A stretch of DNA of 64,000 nt from assembly GCA_041649575.1 (NCBI GenBank), contig JBAZMW010000003.1, forward strand, positions 58,102 through 122,101, read 5' to 3'. The translations under genes and the position numbers were made by a program. Source of the DNA: Patescibacteria group bacterium (GTDB lineage Bacteria > Patescibacteriota > Patescibacteriia > 2-01-FULL-39-33). Every line of letters begins with the position of its first letter. Position 1 is the stretch's first letter. Shown piece after piece: positions 55,291-64,000 of the stretch. The notes below the pieces were generated by a model. That model had not been told where the DNA came from, did not search any database, and saw only the letters and a list, made by a program, of their open reading frames with translations.

Positions 55291-56782
55291 AATGTTTCTT
55301 CTTTATTTTATAGTAAAAAATAATCAACAAAAAATAAAGTAAAGCTAGAAACGGCCAGCTCAAATAATTTATTTCCAGAGCAGCGAAGGGCAGGCGCGAC
55401 AAACCGTCAGTTATCACCAAAAAATAACTGGCGACCAGCCAGCTAATATAGCCAGCCAGCTGGCCTAAAGCCAGGCTGAAAACAGCAACCAAAGAATTAA
55501 TAAACCCCCAAACCATCAAAAAAGGAACTACAGGTAAAAGCAAGATGTTGGCTAAAAAAGAGACTAGCGATAATTTGTGAAAATAAAAAATTATTAGCGG
55601 CAAAGTGGTGAGTTGGGCGGCTAGTGTAAGGATAAACATTTCTTTGAGTCGCCAAGGATCTGGTATTTTTTGGAAAAGAGACATTAATAGAGGCGAAAAA
55701 TGGATCAGGCCAATGACTGCCAGGAAAGATAACTGAAAGCCAATATCATTTAATAAAACCAGCGGGTTGACTAAAAGTATCGCCGAGGCCGAGAAAAAAA
55801 TCAGGTTAGTCGCCTGGCTAAGACGTCCGATTTTCTGGGCATACAAAACCATAATACCCATTACTGCCGACCTGACCGCAGAGGCCGGCGAACCAATCAT
55901 TAAAACATAAAGAATTATAATTACTAAGGAGAACCAAAAAGATTTTTGACGAGAAATTCCCAAACTAATAGCTAAAACAGACAATAAGGAAGCAATAATT
56001 GCTATATGTGAGCCGGAAACGGCTATGATGTGGGTGATGCCGGTTTGAGAAAATCTAGCCAGCCATTCCTGACTCAAACCTTCACGTCTGTTTAAAATCA
56101 GGGCTTGTAAAAAAGCATTCTGTGGTTCGCCCAGACTGCGACTTAGGCCAGAAGACAGCCGATCGCCAACCTTGAGCAATAAGGAATTAGCTCTGACTAA
56201 ATAATTGCTACTAAAGCCGGCTTTTTGGATCTCTTGCGGCCAGCAAAGTGAATAAATATTATAACTAGATAAATATTTGCCATAATCAAAGTCATTGATT
56301 GTGCCAGGACTCTCTAGTCGGCAACCAACCCTTAAAACCTCACCATAAGTATATTGGGGATAAAGTCCGGTTGTGATAAGCACCTTGCCAGAAACCGGCA
56401 CACGCTGGCCGCCAGCAGAAACAGACTCGACAATCAGGGTCATTTTTTGTTTATCAATTCTTCTGTCGATGTTGGCAAGACGACCAGTTAACTCCGGTTG
56501 GCTACCGTTATAAAAATAAATTTGTTGGGGGTTGGAAAAATCTGGCAAGGCCACTTGATAACGCCAGAAACCAAGCAAACAAAAAATTAGCAACAAAAAA
56601 ACCAGTCTCAAATAGGTATTGGAAAAACAAAAAATCAGTCCCAGGACTGAAAAGAGGGCCCCTAAAAAAATCAGAAAGTGGCTAAAAGAAAAAAAATTAC
56701 CGATCAAGATTCCTAAAATCAAAGCCGCCTGACAAGACAAAAAAAATTTAGCCTTTGATTGCGTCAACCTCCTTAAACGCAT
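55280..56782 (-). CDS. comEC: ComEC/Rec2 DNA-internalisation competence membrane protein (competence domain only)
   Basis: N-terminal DUF4131-like region plus polytopic competence domain; stop overlaps the start of the downstream MBL gene. Confidence 0.7.
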   Translation of the reverse strand: MRLRRLTQSKAKFFLSCQAALILGILIGNFFSFSHFLIFLGALFSVLGLIFCFSNTYLRLVFLLLIFCLLGFWRYQVALPDFSNPQQIYFYNGSQPELTGRLANIDRRIDKQKMTLIVESVSAGGQRVPVSGKVLITTGLYPQYTYGEVLRVGCRLESPGTINDFDYGKYLSSYNIYSLCWPQEIQKAGFSSNYLVRANSLLLKVGDRLSSGLSRSLGEPQNAFLQALILNRREGLSQEWLARFSQTGITHIIAVSGSHIAIIASLLSVLAISLGISRQKSFWFSLVIIILYVLMIGSPASAVRSAVMGIMVLYAQKIGRLSQATNLIFFSASAILLVNPLVLLNDIGFQLSFLAVIGLIHFSPLLMSLFQKIPDPWRLKEMFILTLAAQLTTLPLIIFYFHKLSLVSFLANILLLPVVPFLMVWGFINSLVAVFSLALGQLAGYISWLVASYFLVITDGLSRLPFAALEINYLSWPFLALLYFLLIIFYYKIKKKHYEI

Positions 56783-56791
56783 TAAAACAAA

Positions 56792-57884
56792 TTATTTTTT
56801 AATTTTCTGCCGCAGGTAGCTTTCGACCAGTTCATTAATTTTGCCGGCCAAAACACCATCCACGTCGGCTGTTTCATAAGTGCTGCGGTGGTCTTTGACC
56901 AGCTTATAGGGCTGTAAAACATAGGATCGCGCTTGATTACCCCATTGCGCTCGTAAATATTCGCCCTTTATTTCTTTAAGCTTGTCACTTTCCTGTTCGG
57001 TATAATATTTGAGCAACTTGGCCTTTAAAAGCTTGAGAGCATTATTTTTATTTTGAAGCTGCGAACGCTCGTTCTGACATTTTACGCTGAGGCCACTGGG
57101 CAAATGTGTAAGACGCACCGCCGAATCGGTGGTATTAACCGATTGGCCGCCGTGGCCAGAAGAACGCATCACCTCTACTTTTAAATCATCGTCCCTAAGG
57201 GGGATCTCTTTTATCTCTTCTATTTCCGGCAGAACTTCAACCAAGGCAAAAGAGGTGTGTCGCATCTTTTCGGCGTCAAAAGGAGAAATGCGCACCAGGC
57301 GGTGAACCCCGTTTTCGCTCTTCAGCCAACCATAGGCATAACGGCCAGCTACCTCCAAAACCACATTTTTTAAACCAGCTTCTGAACCAGCGACCTCGTC
57401 AATAATCTTGGCCGAAAAATTATGTCGCTCGCAAAATCTTAAATACATCCTTAGTAACATTTGAGCCCAATCTTGGGCGTCAACACCACCAGTGCCGGCA
57501 TGAATTGATAAAATAGCGTTATTTTTGTCGTACTGGCCGGCGAATAAAACCAAAAATTCCAGCTGCTTAAAATTATTTTCCAACTTCTCCAACTTAAGTC
57601 TAATCTCTTCCAGTAAAGCTTCGTCTTGTTTGGCTAATTTAACTAACTCTAAAAGCTCGTCTAACTCTTTTTTTAAGTCATGCCACTGATTAAATTCCGT
57701 TTTGGCATTATCGTAATCTTTGGTTAAGGCTTTGGCTTTGACTGATTCCAGCCAAAAATCCGGCCGGGCGATTTCTTTGTCCCAGGACAATAACTGTTGC
57801 TTTAAGCCATCCAAGTCAAAGCAACCTCCAAGACCCAGAGACCTGTTTTTGCAAATCTTTAATTTGAGAAATTAGCTCTTTCAT
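56792..57884 (-). CDS. prfB: peptide chain release factor 2, with programmed +1 ribosomal frameshift
   Basis: SPF and GGQ motifs. The upstream 22-codon frame (MKELISQIKDLQKQVSGSWRLL) ends at in-frame UGA 57818-57816 within GGAGG-ttg-CUU UGA C; a +1 shift continues into the main frame (track ORF 56792..57814). Confidence 0.85.
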
Positions 57885-57885
57885 T

Positions 57886-58272
57886 TTAGCGTAATTGTTT
57901 TAATTGGCTAAGTAGATCTAGGGTTCCCTGACCGCCACCTAAAAGTTCCTGATAGCTTTGATAAAAATTTTTAAATAGCGGCGGCAACCAAATGGCAGCA
58001 GCAATAATTGGTAAAATAACCACCATTATCCAAACAACGGAAATGACCGTCCGCCAAAACAGATAACGTCTGATTTTCTGAGTATCGGCATAAATCGCCT
58101 GGGAATATTTTAGATTATCTTTCAATAATTTTTCCAAGCTACTCTCCTGCTGTTTGACAAGGTATTCGGTGGCCTTGGCGTATTGAATGTCTTCTTCTAG
58201 CCGATTAAGAATATCCTGTTCTGGCATACTATTTAAATTATTCATTATACCTTTATCATAACAAATTATCAA
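57886..58272 (-). CDS. hypothetical membrane protein
   Basis: one clear TM helix (VISVVWIMVVILPIIAAAIWL); no motif. Confidence 0.35.
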   Translation of the reverse strand: MIICYDKGIMNNLNSMPEQDILNRLEEDIQYAKATEYLVKQQESSLEKLLKDNLKYSQAIYADTQKIRRYLFWRTVISVVWIMVVILPIIAAAIWLPPLFKNFYQSYQELLGGGQGTLDLLSQLKQLR

Positions 58273-58279
58273 CTCTTTG

Positions 58280-58981
58280 TTAATTCGACCGTAAATAACA
58301 ACTTTTGACCTGCTGGCCGGCTAAACGCAAAAAATTATTTAATTCCTTGGGACTGAAGCTTTTTCCTTTAAAATCAGAGCCGACCAGCTTGTCCCGAAAA
58401 ATAAAATTTTGTAAGTAGTATTTCTCTGCGCCTTTTATAGTCTTGAGCATTTTTTTAAAATCGCTCACCCGGTGCAGGCCTTTAACCAGTGTGCTACGAA
58501 ACTCGTAGGGCAAACCGCTGGTTTTGATAATTTTAATACTGGCCGCTAGCTTAGTCGAGTCAACCTTTACGCCACAAAATCTTTCATAATCATCTAAAGG
58601 GCCCTTGATGTCCATGGCTAAATAATTAACTAATTTTTTGTCAATTAATTTTTTTAAGACTGCCGGCAAAAGCCCATTAGTATCAATTTTTATTTCATAA
58701 CCATCTTTTTTCAAACGACGACAAAAACCAAACAGGCCCCTCTGCATTAACGGTTCACCTCCCGTAATCACCACGCCGTCAAGATATTTTTTTCGATCGG
58801 ATAAAAAATTAATCGTTTTTTTGACTGATCGCCTAGAATCTGCCTTGGCCAGCTCGGGCAAAACCAGCTCGGGATTATGACAAAAAGAGCAGCGCATATT
58901 ACAACCACTGGTAAATATAATCGCTGCCACTTTTTGCGGATAATCCAGTAGGGTGACTGGTTGTAACCCGCCAATAATCAT
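58280..58981 (-). CDS. nrdG: anaerobic ribonucleoside-triphosphate reductase activating protein (radical SAM)
   Basis: CNMRCSFC (CxxxCxxC) radical-SAM motif; adjacent to nrdD. Confidence 0.85.
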   Translation of the reverse strand: MIIGGLQPVTLLDYPQKVAAIIFTSGCNMRCSFCHNPELVLPELAKADSRRSVKKTINFLSDRKKYLDGVVITGGEPLMQRGLFGFCRRLKKDGYEIKIDTNGLLPAVLKKLIDKKLVNYLAMDIKGPLDDYERFCGVKVDSTKLAASIKIIKTSGLPYEFRSTLVKGLHRVSDFKKMLKTIKGAEKYYLQNFIFRDKLVGSDFKGKSFSPKELNNFLRLAGQQVKSCYLRSN

Positions 58982-58986
58982 AAATC

Positions 58987-59136
58987 TTAAATTTCGGAAC
59001 TGACCGCCCTAAACGGTTTGCGATCATCGTATTCCGATTGCTTGCCGGCATTCCAAGAATCAACCGGCCGCAAATAACCGACGACCCGGGAGTAAACCTC
59101 ACAAGGCTGACGCCTTACCTTTTTGTCATCTTCCAT
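58987..59136 (-). CDS. free-standing 49-aa glycyl-radical peptide (NrdD C-terminal domain encoded as a separate ORF)
   Basis: MEDDKKVRRQPCEVYSRVVGYLRPVDSWNAGKQSEYDDRKPFRAVSSEI contains the class III RNR glycyl-radical signature R-V-x-G-Y. It fits exactly between the nrdD stop (59165) and the nrdG start (58981), in a different frame from nrdD. Confidence 0.55.
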   Translation of the reverse strand: MEDDKKVRRQPCEVYSRVVGYLRPVDSWNAGKQSEYDDRKPFRAVSSEI

Positions 59137-59164
59137 ATTAAAAAGTTATTTTTATTAATATATC

Positions 59165-61210
59165 TTACAGAGGTAATTTTTCTTCTTGTTCCCGGATAAA
59201 ACCGATTTCCTCATCACAAACAGGACAAAAACGATGTTCACCGGAAAGATAACCGTGTTTGGGACAAATAGAAAAAGTCGGTGTTAACGTGTAATAAGGC
59301 AAACGAAAATTTTCGGCGATTTTCCTCACCAGCTTTTTGGTACTTTCGATGTTTGGCATTTTTTCCGCCAAAAAACCGTGCACCACGGTGCCGCCAGTAT
59401 ATTTGACCTGCAACGGGTCTTGTTTTTCCATCACTTCAAAAATGTCTTCGGAAAAATTAACGGGGAGGTGGGAGGAGTTGGTATAATAAGGCGCTGCTCC
59501 TTTTTCTCGATAAGCGTCTTCATTGGCCACCACTATATCTGGGTATAACTCTTTATCCTTCTTGGCAAAACGATAAGTGGCGCCTTCGGCTGGAGTGGCC
59601 TCCAAATTATACAGCTGGCCGTCTTCCTCTTGATATTTTGCTAAACGTTGCAGCATAAAATCCATGACTTTCAAGGCGAAGTCCTGGCCTTCAGGAGTGG
59701 AAAGCGGCCGATTTAAAAAGTTAATCATGGCTTCGTTCATACCGTTGATGCCGATGGTATTGAAATGGTTTTTCCAATACTCGCCAAACCTTTCCTTAAT
59801 CTCCTTAAGATAAAATTTACTATAAGGATAAAGCCCCTGCTCTGTAAAAGTTTCTAAAATATCGCGTTTTAATTTCAGGCTCTGACGCGCCAAATCCATA
59901 GTCTGGCCGAGCCGGCTGAAAAAAGCGTCTTTGGTTTTTGATAAATAACCGATCCGCGGCAAATTAATAGTCACCACTCCTATTGAACCGGTCAAGGGAT
60001 TAGCGGCAAAAATTCCGCCGCCACGCTTTTTTAATTCACGATTATCCAATCGCAGGCGACAGCACATGCTGCGGGCATCTTCGGCTTTCATGTCAGAATT
60101 CACAAAATTGGCAAAATAAGGTATGCCATACTTGGCGGTCATTTCCCAAACCGGATCCAGAACTTTATTTTCCCAGTTAAAATCTGCGGAAATATTATAA
60201 GTGGGAATCGGGAAAGTAAAAACACGGCCGTTAGCATCGCCTTCCAACATTACCTCGGCAAAAGCCTTATTAAGCATATCCATTTCCGGCTGGAACTCTT
60301 TGTAAGCTTCTCTTTGCGGCAAGCCACCAATAACTACCGACTCATTGGCCAGAGTGGTAGGACAAATTAAATCAAAAGTTAAATTAGTAAACGGCGTTTG
60401 AAAGCCAACCCGGGTGGGAACGCTCATATTAAAAACAAACTCCTGCATGGCTTGCTTAACCGCTTTTTCATCTAGATTGTCATAACGAATAAAAGGAGCG
60501 AGCAGAGTGTCAAAATTGGCCAAAGCCTGGGCCCCGGCAGCCTCGCCTTGTAAGGTATAAAAAAAGTTAACAATCTGACCCAGAGCAACCCTTAAGTGTT
60601 TAGCCGGCTTACTGTTTACCTTGCCATCAACACCGCCGAAACCCAACCGCAAGACGGCTTGCAAATCCCAACCACAGCAATAAACCGCTAAAATCTGCAA
60701 GTCATGAAGATGAATGCTGCCGTCAATGTGCGCTTCGCGAATCTCTTGAGGATAGATTTTATTAAGCCAATAGTGAGAGCTGACCGCCGAAGCCACGTGA
60801 TTATTCAATCCTTGCAAAGAATAGCTCATGTTGGCATTCTCTTTGACTCGCCAATCCAATTGTTTCAAATAGCCGTCGATAATATCATTGGAATCCAGCA
60901 TTTTTTTCATGTCTCTGAGCTGGGCATGCTGGGCTCGATAGATAATATAGGCTTTGGCAGCCTTGACCAGACCTTCTTTAATCAAAGTTTCCTCGACTAT
61001 ATCCTGGATTTCCTCAATCGCCGGAATAGAACGGGGGTGAAACTTACTATTAAGAATTTGAACGGCTTTATCGGATAACTCAAGGGCTAGTTTTTCGTCG
61101 TCCCGACCAACTGCTTTCAGGGCCTTGTAAATCGCCTGGACGATTTTGTTCTGGTCAAAGTCAACAATACTGCCGTCTCGCTTTTTAACCTGTTTGATTT
61201 GGGTATCCAT
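59165..61210 (-). CDS. nrdD: anaerobic ribonucleoside-triphosphate reductase (class III RNR) large polypeptide, lacking the glycyl-radical loop
   Basis: ATP-cone N-terminus, class III core, C-terminal Zn site CPKHG-x9-CPVC; the ORF ends 16 aa after the Zn site with no RVxGY motif. Confidence 0.9.
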   Translation of the reverse strand: MDTQIKQVKKRDGSIVDFDQNKIVQAIYKALKAVGRDDEKLALELSDKAVQILNSKFHPRSIPAIEEIQDIVEETLIKEGLVKAAKAYIIYRAQHAQLRDMKKMLDSNDIIDGYLKQLDWRVKENANMSYSLQGLNNHVASAVSSHYWLNKIYPQEIREAHIDGSIHLHDLQILAVYCCGWDLQAVLRLGFGGVDGKVNSKPAKHLRVALGQIVNFFYTLQGEAAGAQALANFDTLLAPFIRYDNLDEKAVKQAMQEFVFNMSVPTRVGFQTPFTNLTFDLICPTTLANESVVIGGLPQREAYKEFQPEMDMLNKAFAEVMLEGDANGRVFTFPIPTYNISADFNWENKVLDPVWEMTAKYGIPYFANFVNSDMKAEDARSMCCRLRLDNRELKKRGGGIFAANPLTGSIGVVTINLPRIGYLSKTKDAFFSRLGQTMDLARQSLKLKRDILETFTEQGLYPYSKFYLKEIKERFGEYWKNHFNTIGINGMNEAMINFLNRPLSTPEGQDFALKVMDFMLQRLAKYQEEDGQLYNLEATPAEGATYRFAKKDKELYPDIVVANEDAYREKGAAPYYTNSSHLPVNFSEDIFEVMEKQDPLQVKYTGGTVVHGFLAEKMPNIESTKKLVRKIAENFRLPYYTLTPTFSICPKHGYLSGEHRFCPVCDEEIGFIREQEEKLPL

Positions 61211-61436
61211 GATAATTTAAAGCTATTTTAACCCTTAAATTACTTAAATTTAAAGAAAATAAAAATAGACCTAGAAACTTGGTTGTCACAAACTGTTAAA
61301 ATTCAAGTCTTAGCTAGATCTATCGGAATCTACGGTTATTATTAATTATAGCACTCCCAAAATGGCTGTCAAAAAATTAATTTTATTAAACTTTTTAGAG
61401 ATTTTTTCTAAGCAGCCGGGGGTTTTGTGGATAAAT

Positions 61437-62627
61437 TTATTTCATCTTTTTTCTGATAAAGGCCGGGATCTCCAGATCCTCCTCTTCCGAGGATAATTTG
61501 GGGCTGATTTTAACCGGTTGAGGGATTATTTTTGACTCCTCTTCTTTTTCTTTTTTGATATTTTGACTACCGCTCCGGCTTTTATCGATTGAAGCGTCTT
61601 CAATGTTTCTTTTAGAAAAAAGACGATTGACAGAGTAACGCGGCTCACTTAAAGAGATCTTTTTCGACTCTCTCGTTTCGCCAAAACCGGTAGCTACGAC
61701 AGTAATTTTTATCCGATCCTTTAGGGTTTCGTCAATTACCGAGCCAAAAATTATTTTTGCATTGGGATCGGCGCTTTCTGTAATAGTATTAGCAGCTTCA
61801 TTCACCTCACTCATGGTCAAACTGGGCCCGCCCATAATGATAAACAACACTCCTCTGGCGCCATCAATGGAGATGTCCAGAAGCGGCGACGAGATGGCCG
61901 ACTTGGCCGCCGTGACTGCTCGATTTTCGCCGCTAGCCTCACCAATGCCCATCAGAGCCGAGCCAGCATCTTCCATAATGGCTTTGACATCCGCAAAATC
62001 CACATTAATCAATCCTGGGATAGTAATCAGCTCCGAGATGCCCTGAACGCCTTGTCGCAAGACATCATCAGCCGCCTTAAAGGCGTCAAGCAAAGAGGTT
62101 TTTTTATCAATAATGTGAAGAATTTTATCGTTAGGAATAGTAATGATGGTGTCGACTTTATCCTTTAACTCCTGAAAGCCTCTTTCGGCAATTTCCGACC
62201 TCTGAGCGCCTTCAAAAGAAAAGGGTTTGGTTACCACTGCCACCACTAAAGCACCCAATTCTCCGGCCACGCTGGCAATTATGGGCGAAGCGCCGGTGCC
62301 AGTGCCGCCGCCCAAACCACAGGTGATAAAAACCATGTCCGCGCCCTTGAGCAAATCACGAATATCGTTGATGCTTTCCTGGGCTGACTGCAAACCGACA
62401 TCGGGGTTCATGCCGGCACCCAACCCTCTGGTGGTGGTTTGGCCGATGTGCAATTTATGTTTGGCGCTATTATGATGCAAAGCCTGGACATCGGTGTTGA
62501 CAGCTATAAACTCCACGCCCTTAATTTTAGAATCGATCATGCGATTAATCGCCGATCCACCAGATCCGCCAACTCCTATGACTTTGATTTTGGCAAAAGT
62601 TTCTATTTCTGGTCTTATCTCTGGCAT
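61437..62627 (-). CDS. ftsZ: cell division protein FtsZ
   Basis: tubulin signature GGGTGTG; Glu/Lys-rich C-terminal tail. Confidence 0.95.
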   Translation of the reverse strand: MPEIRPEIETFAKIKVIGVGGSGGSAINRMIDSKIKGVEFIAVNTDVQALHHNSAKHKLHIGQTTTRGLGAGMNPDVGLQSAQESINDIRDLLKGADMVFITCGLGGGTGTGASPIIASVAGELGALVVAVVTKPFSFEGAQRSEIAERGFQELKDKVDTIITIPNDKILHIIDKKTSLLDAFKAADDVLRQGVQGISELITIPGLINVDFADVKAIMEDAGSALMGIGEASGENRAVTAAKSAISSPLLDISIDGARGVLFIIMGGPSLTMSEVNEAANTITESADPNAKIIFGSVIDETLKDRIKITVVATGFGETRESKKISLSEPRYSVNRLFSKRNIEDASIDKSRSGSQNIKKEKEEESKIIPQPVKISPKLSSEEEDLEIPAFIRKKMK

Positions 62628-62672
62628 ATTTTTAAATTATTTGATTAAAAAAATTAATTTATTAAAACCTTC

Positions 62673-63917
62673 TTAAGGTAATAACGATTTAAACCATTCC
62701 CTTAAGTGGCTGCTGGCTTTATCCACGCTTTTGAAAGGGAAATGCGGCAGACTAAATTTGCCACTCTTTTGTAACTGGCTACCCCAGATAACCAAGCCCA
62801 CCGCTGTGGTAAAAGAAAGATCGCCAACTTTATCTAAATTAGAGATAATCCCTTGAGGATAGCCCAGCGAAGCCGGCAGCCGCAAAGCCTTTTTTGCCAA
62901 CTCCACCAAACCGTCTAATTTGGCGCCGCCGCCAGTCAAGACCACACCAGCTGGTAACATACCGGATTTACCTATTTTTTTTAGCTCTTTGTCTACCTTT
63001 TCCATAATCTCTTCAACTCGAGCCTCAATAACTTCGGCTACGTGCTTTTTGGAAAAGGCCCCCTCTTCAACCCCGCCGACATCCGAATATCTAGTCTCAT
63101 CTTGTTTGCGAAAGTTTTCTGGCAGACAGCTGCCCTCGCGAACTTTTATCCTCTCGGCTGTGTCAATAGAAATCCGCCGCTCAATGGCAATATCGCTGGT
63201 TATATATTCGGAACCGACCGGCAAAATCACCGTGTGTAAAACATCACCCTCTTCAAAAACCGCCAGGCTGGTGGTAGCACCGCCAATATTTACCACCGCC
63301 ACCCCTAATTCTTTTTGACGATTGGTTAAAACGCTTTCCGAGTTGGCTAAAACCGCCAGGACCAGATCGTCGATATCTAAACCGGTGCGATAGATACATT
63401 TGGTCAAATTTTTAATTTGAGCCGAAAGTCCTTGAATAATTTGAGCGTCAACCTCCAAACGAATTCCTGTCATGCCGATCGGATCTTTAATTCCAGTCTG
63501 CGAATCAACCGTAAAACTTCTGGGAATGACGTGTAGTATCTCATAATTTGGTGGCGTCGCCACAGCACGGGCCGCTTCTATTACCCGCTCTACGTCTTCG
63601 GGCCTTATTTCGCCATCGGTTTTAGAAACAGCCACCACTCCCTTGCTTTCCTGAGCAATAATATGGCTACCCGAAATACCCACCCAAGCATGCTCAACCG
63701 GCTGACCCACCATTCTCTCTATCCTTTCTAAAGACGAAGAAATGGAAGACACCGCATCCTCAACACTAACCACCACGCCCTTACTGATGCCTTGGGCCGG
63801 TATTTCAATAGCTCCGACTATTTTTATCTTATCGTTTTCTTTGGATTTTTGACCCACTGCTATTCTAATAGCCGTTGAGCCAATATCCAAGCCAGTTATT
63901 AAGCTAATTTTAGGCAT
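62673..63917 (-). CDS. ftsA: cell division protein FtsA
   Basis: actin-like ATPase fold motifs; immediately upstream of ftsZ. Confidence 0.9.
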   Translation of the reverse strand: MPKISLITGLDIGSTAIRIAVGQKSKENDKIKIVGAIEIPAQGISKGVVVSVEDAVSSISSSLERIERMVGQPVEHAWVGISGSHIIAQESKGVVAVSKTDGEIRPEDVERVIEAARAVATPPNYEILHVIPRSFTVDSQTGIKDPIGMTGIRLEVDAQIIQGLSAQIKNLTKCIYRTGLDIDDLVLAVLANSESVLTNRQKELGVAVVNIGGATTSLAVFEEGDVLHTVILPVGSEYITSDIAIERRISIDTAERIKVREGSCLPENFRKQDETRYSDVGGVEEGAFSKKHVAEVIEARVEEIMEKVDKELKKIGKSGMLPAGVVLTGGGAKLDGLVELAKKALRLPASLGYPQGIISNLDKVGDLSFTTAVGLVIWGSQLQKSGKFSLPHFPFKSVDKASSHLREWFKSLLP

Positions 63918-64000
63918 GGGTTAAATCACTAGAACTTAATTTATGAGTTTATTATAATAAAAAAATGCCTTAAAAGCAAATTGTTAATAAATAATAAAAT

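Noticed and set aside
58899-59102. 67-aa minus-strand ORF in the nrdD-nrdG spacer from the six-frame track
   Set aside because: It overlaps the nrdG start by about 80 nt and has no motif. The alternative 49-aa frame (58987-59136) fits the gap exactly and carries the RVVGY glycyl-radical signature.

Overview
The window reads like a streamlined, AT-rich (about 40% GC) Candidate Phyla Radiation / Patescibacteria-type genome. rplO follows rpsE directly with no L30 gene; L23 carries an N-terminal extension, L22 a C-terminal extension and L24 a zinc-ribbon insert; a class III (anaerobic) RNR is present. The second half (34.9-64 kb, minus strand) is core: adk-secY-rplO...rpsJ, tuf, fusA, rpsG, rpsL, rpmB, comEC (as two ORFs), prfB with its programmed +1 frameshift, nrdG-nrdD, ftsZ and ftsA. 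The first half is accessory. (i) A prophage edge (TerL fragment plus large serine recombinase) is followed by a same-strand defense block: XRE regulator, type I R-M hsdM-hsdS-hsdR (hsdS carries a 3x12-bp ELEA repeat), and an ImmA/IrrE-HTH peptidase plus PIN-like pair. The whole block is flanked by tRNA-Trp/tRNA-Thr. (ii) A complete diversity-generating retroelement: a reverse transcriptase with the DGR-type [IV]GxxxSQ motif, an Avd-like four-helix-bundle gene on the opposite strand, and a 108-bp TR/VR pair (21 mismatches, 20 at TR adenines, AAC codons in TR). The VR lies at the C-terminus of a GC-rich target gene. (iii) Several about 60% GC cargo units, each driven by a perfect or near-perfect TTGACA-N17-TATAAT promoter. 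These are an 11.4-13.4 kb island, the DGR target gene, island A at 30.1-31.0 kb, and island B at 32.9-34.6 kb inserted between map and adk. Islands A and B end in near-identical terminators. (iv) A split nrdD: the glycyl-radical motif (RVVGY) is encoded as a free-standing 49-aa ORF between nrdD and nrdG. Smaller oddities are a membrane-anchored ClpC/E-like ATPase with an N-terminal zinc ribbon, two copies of a roughly 90-105 bp structured intergenic repeat (MITE-like), a decayed tRNA paralog flanked by 26-bp direct repeats, a structured 268-bp spacer between rpsJ and rplC, and an orphan Phd/YefM-like gene with an upstream perfect palindrome between fusA and tuf.
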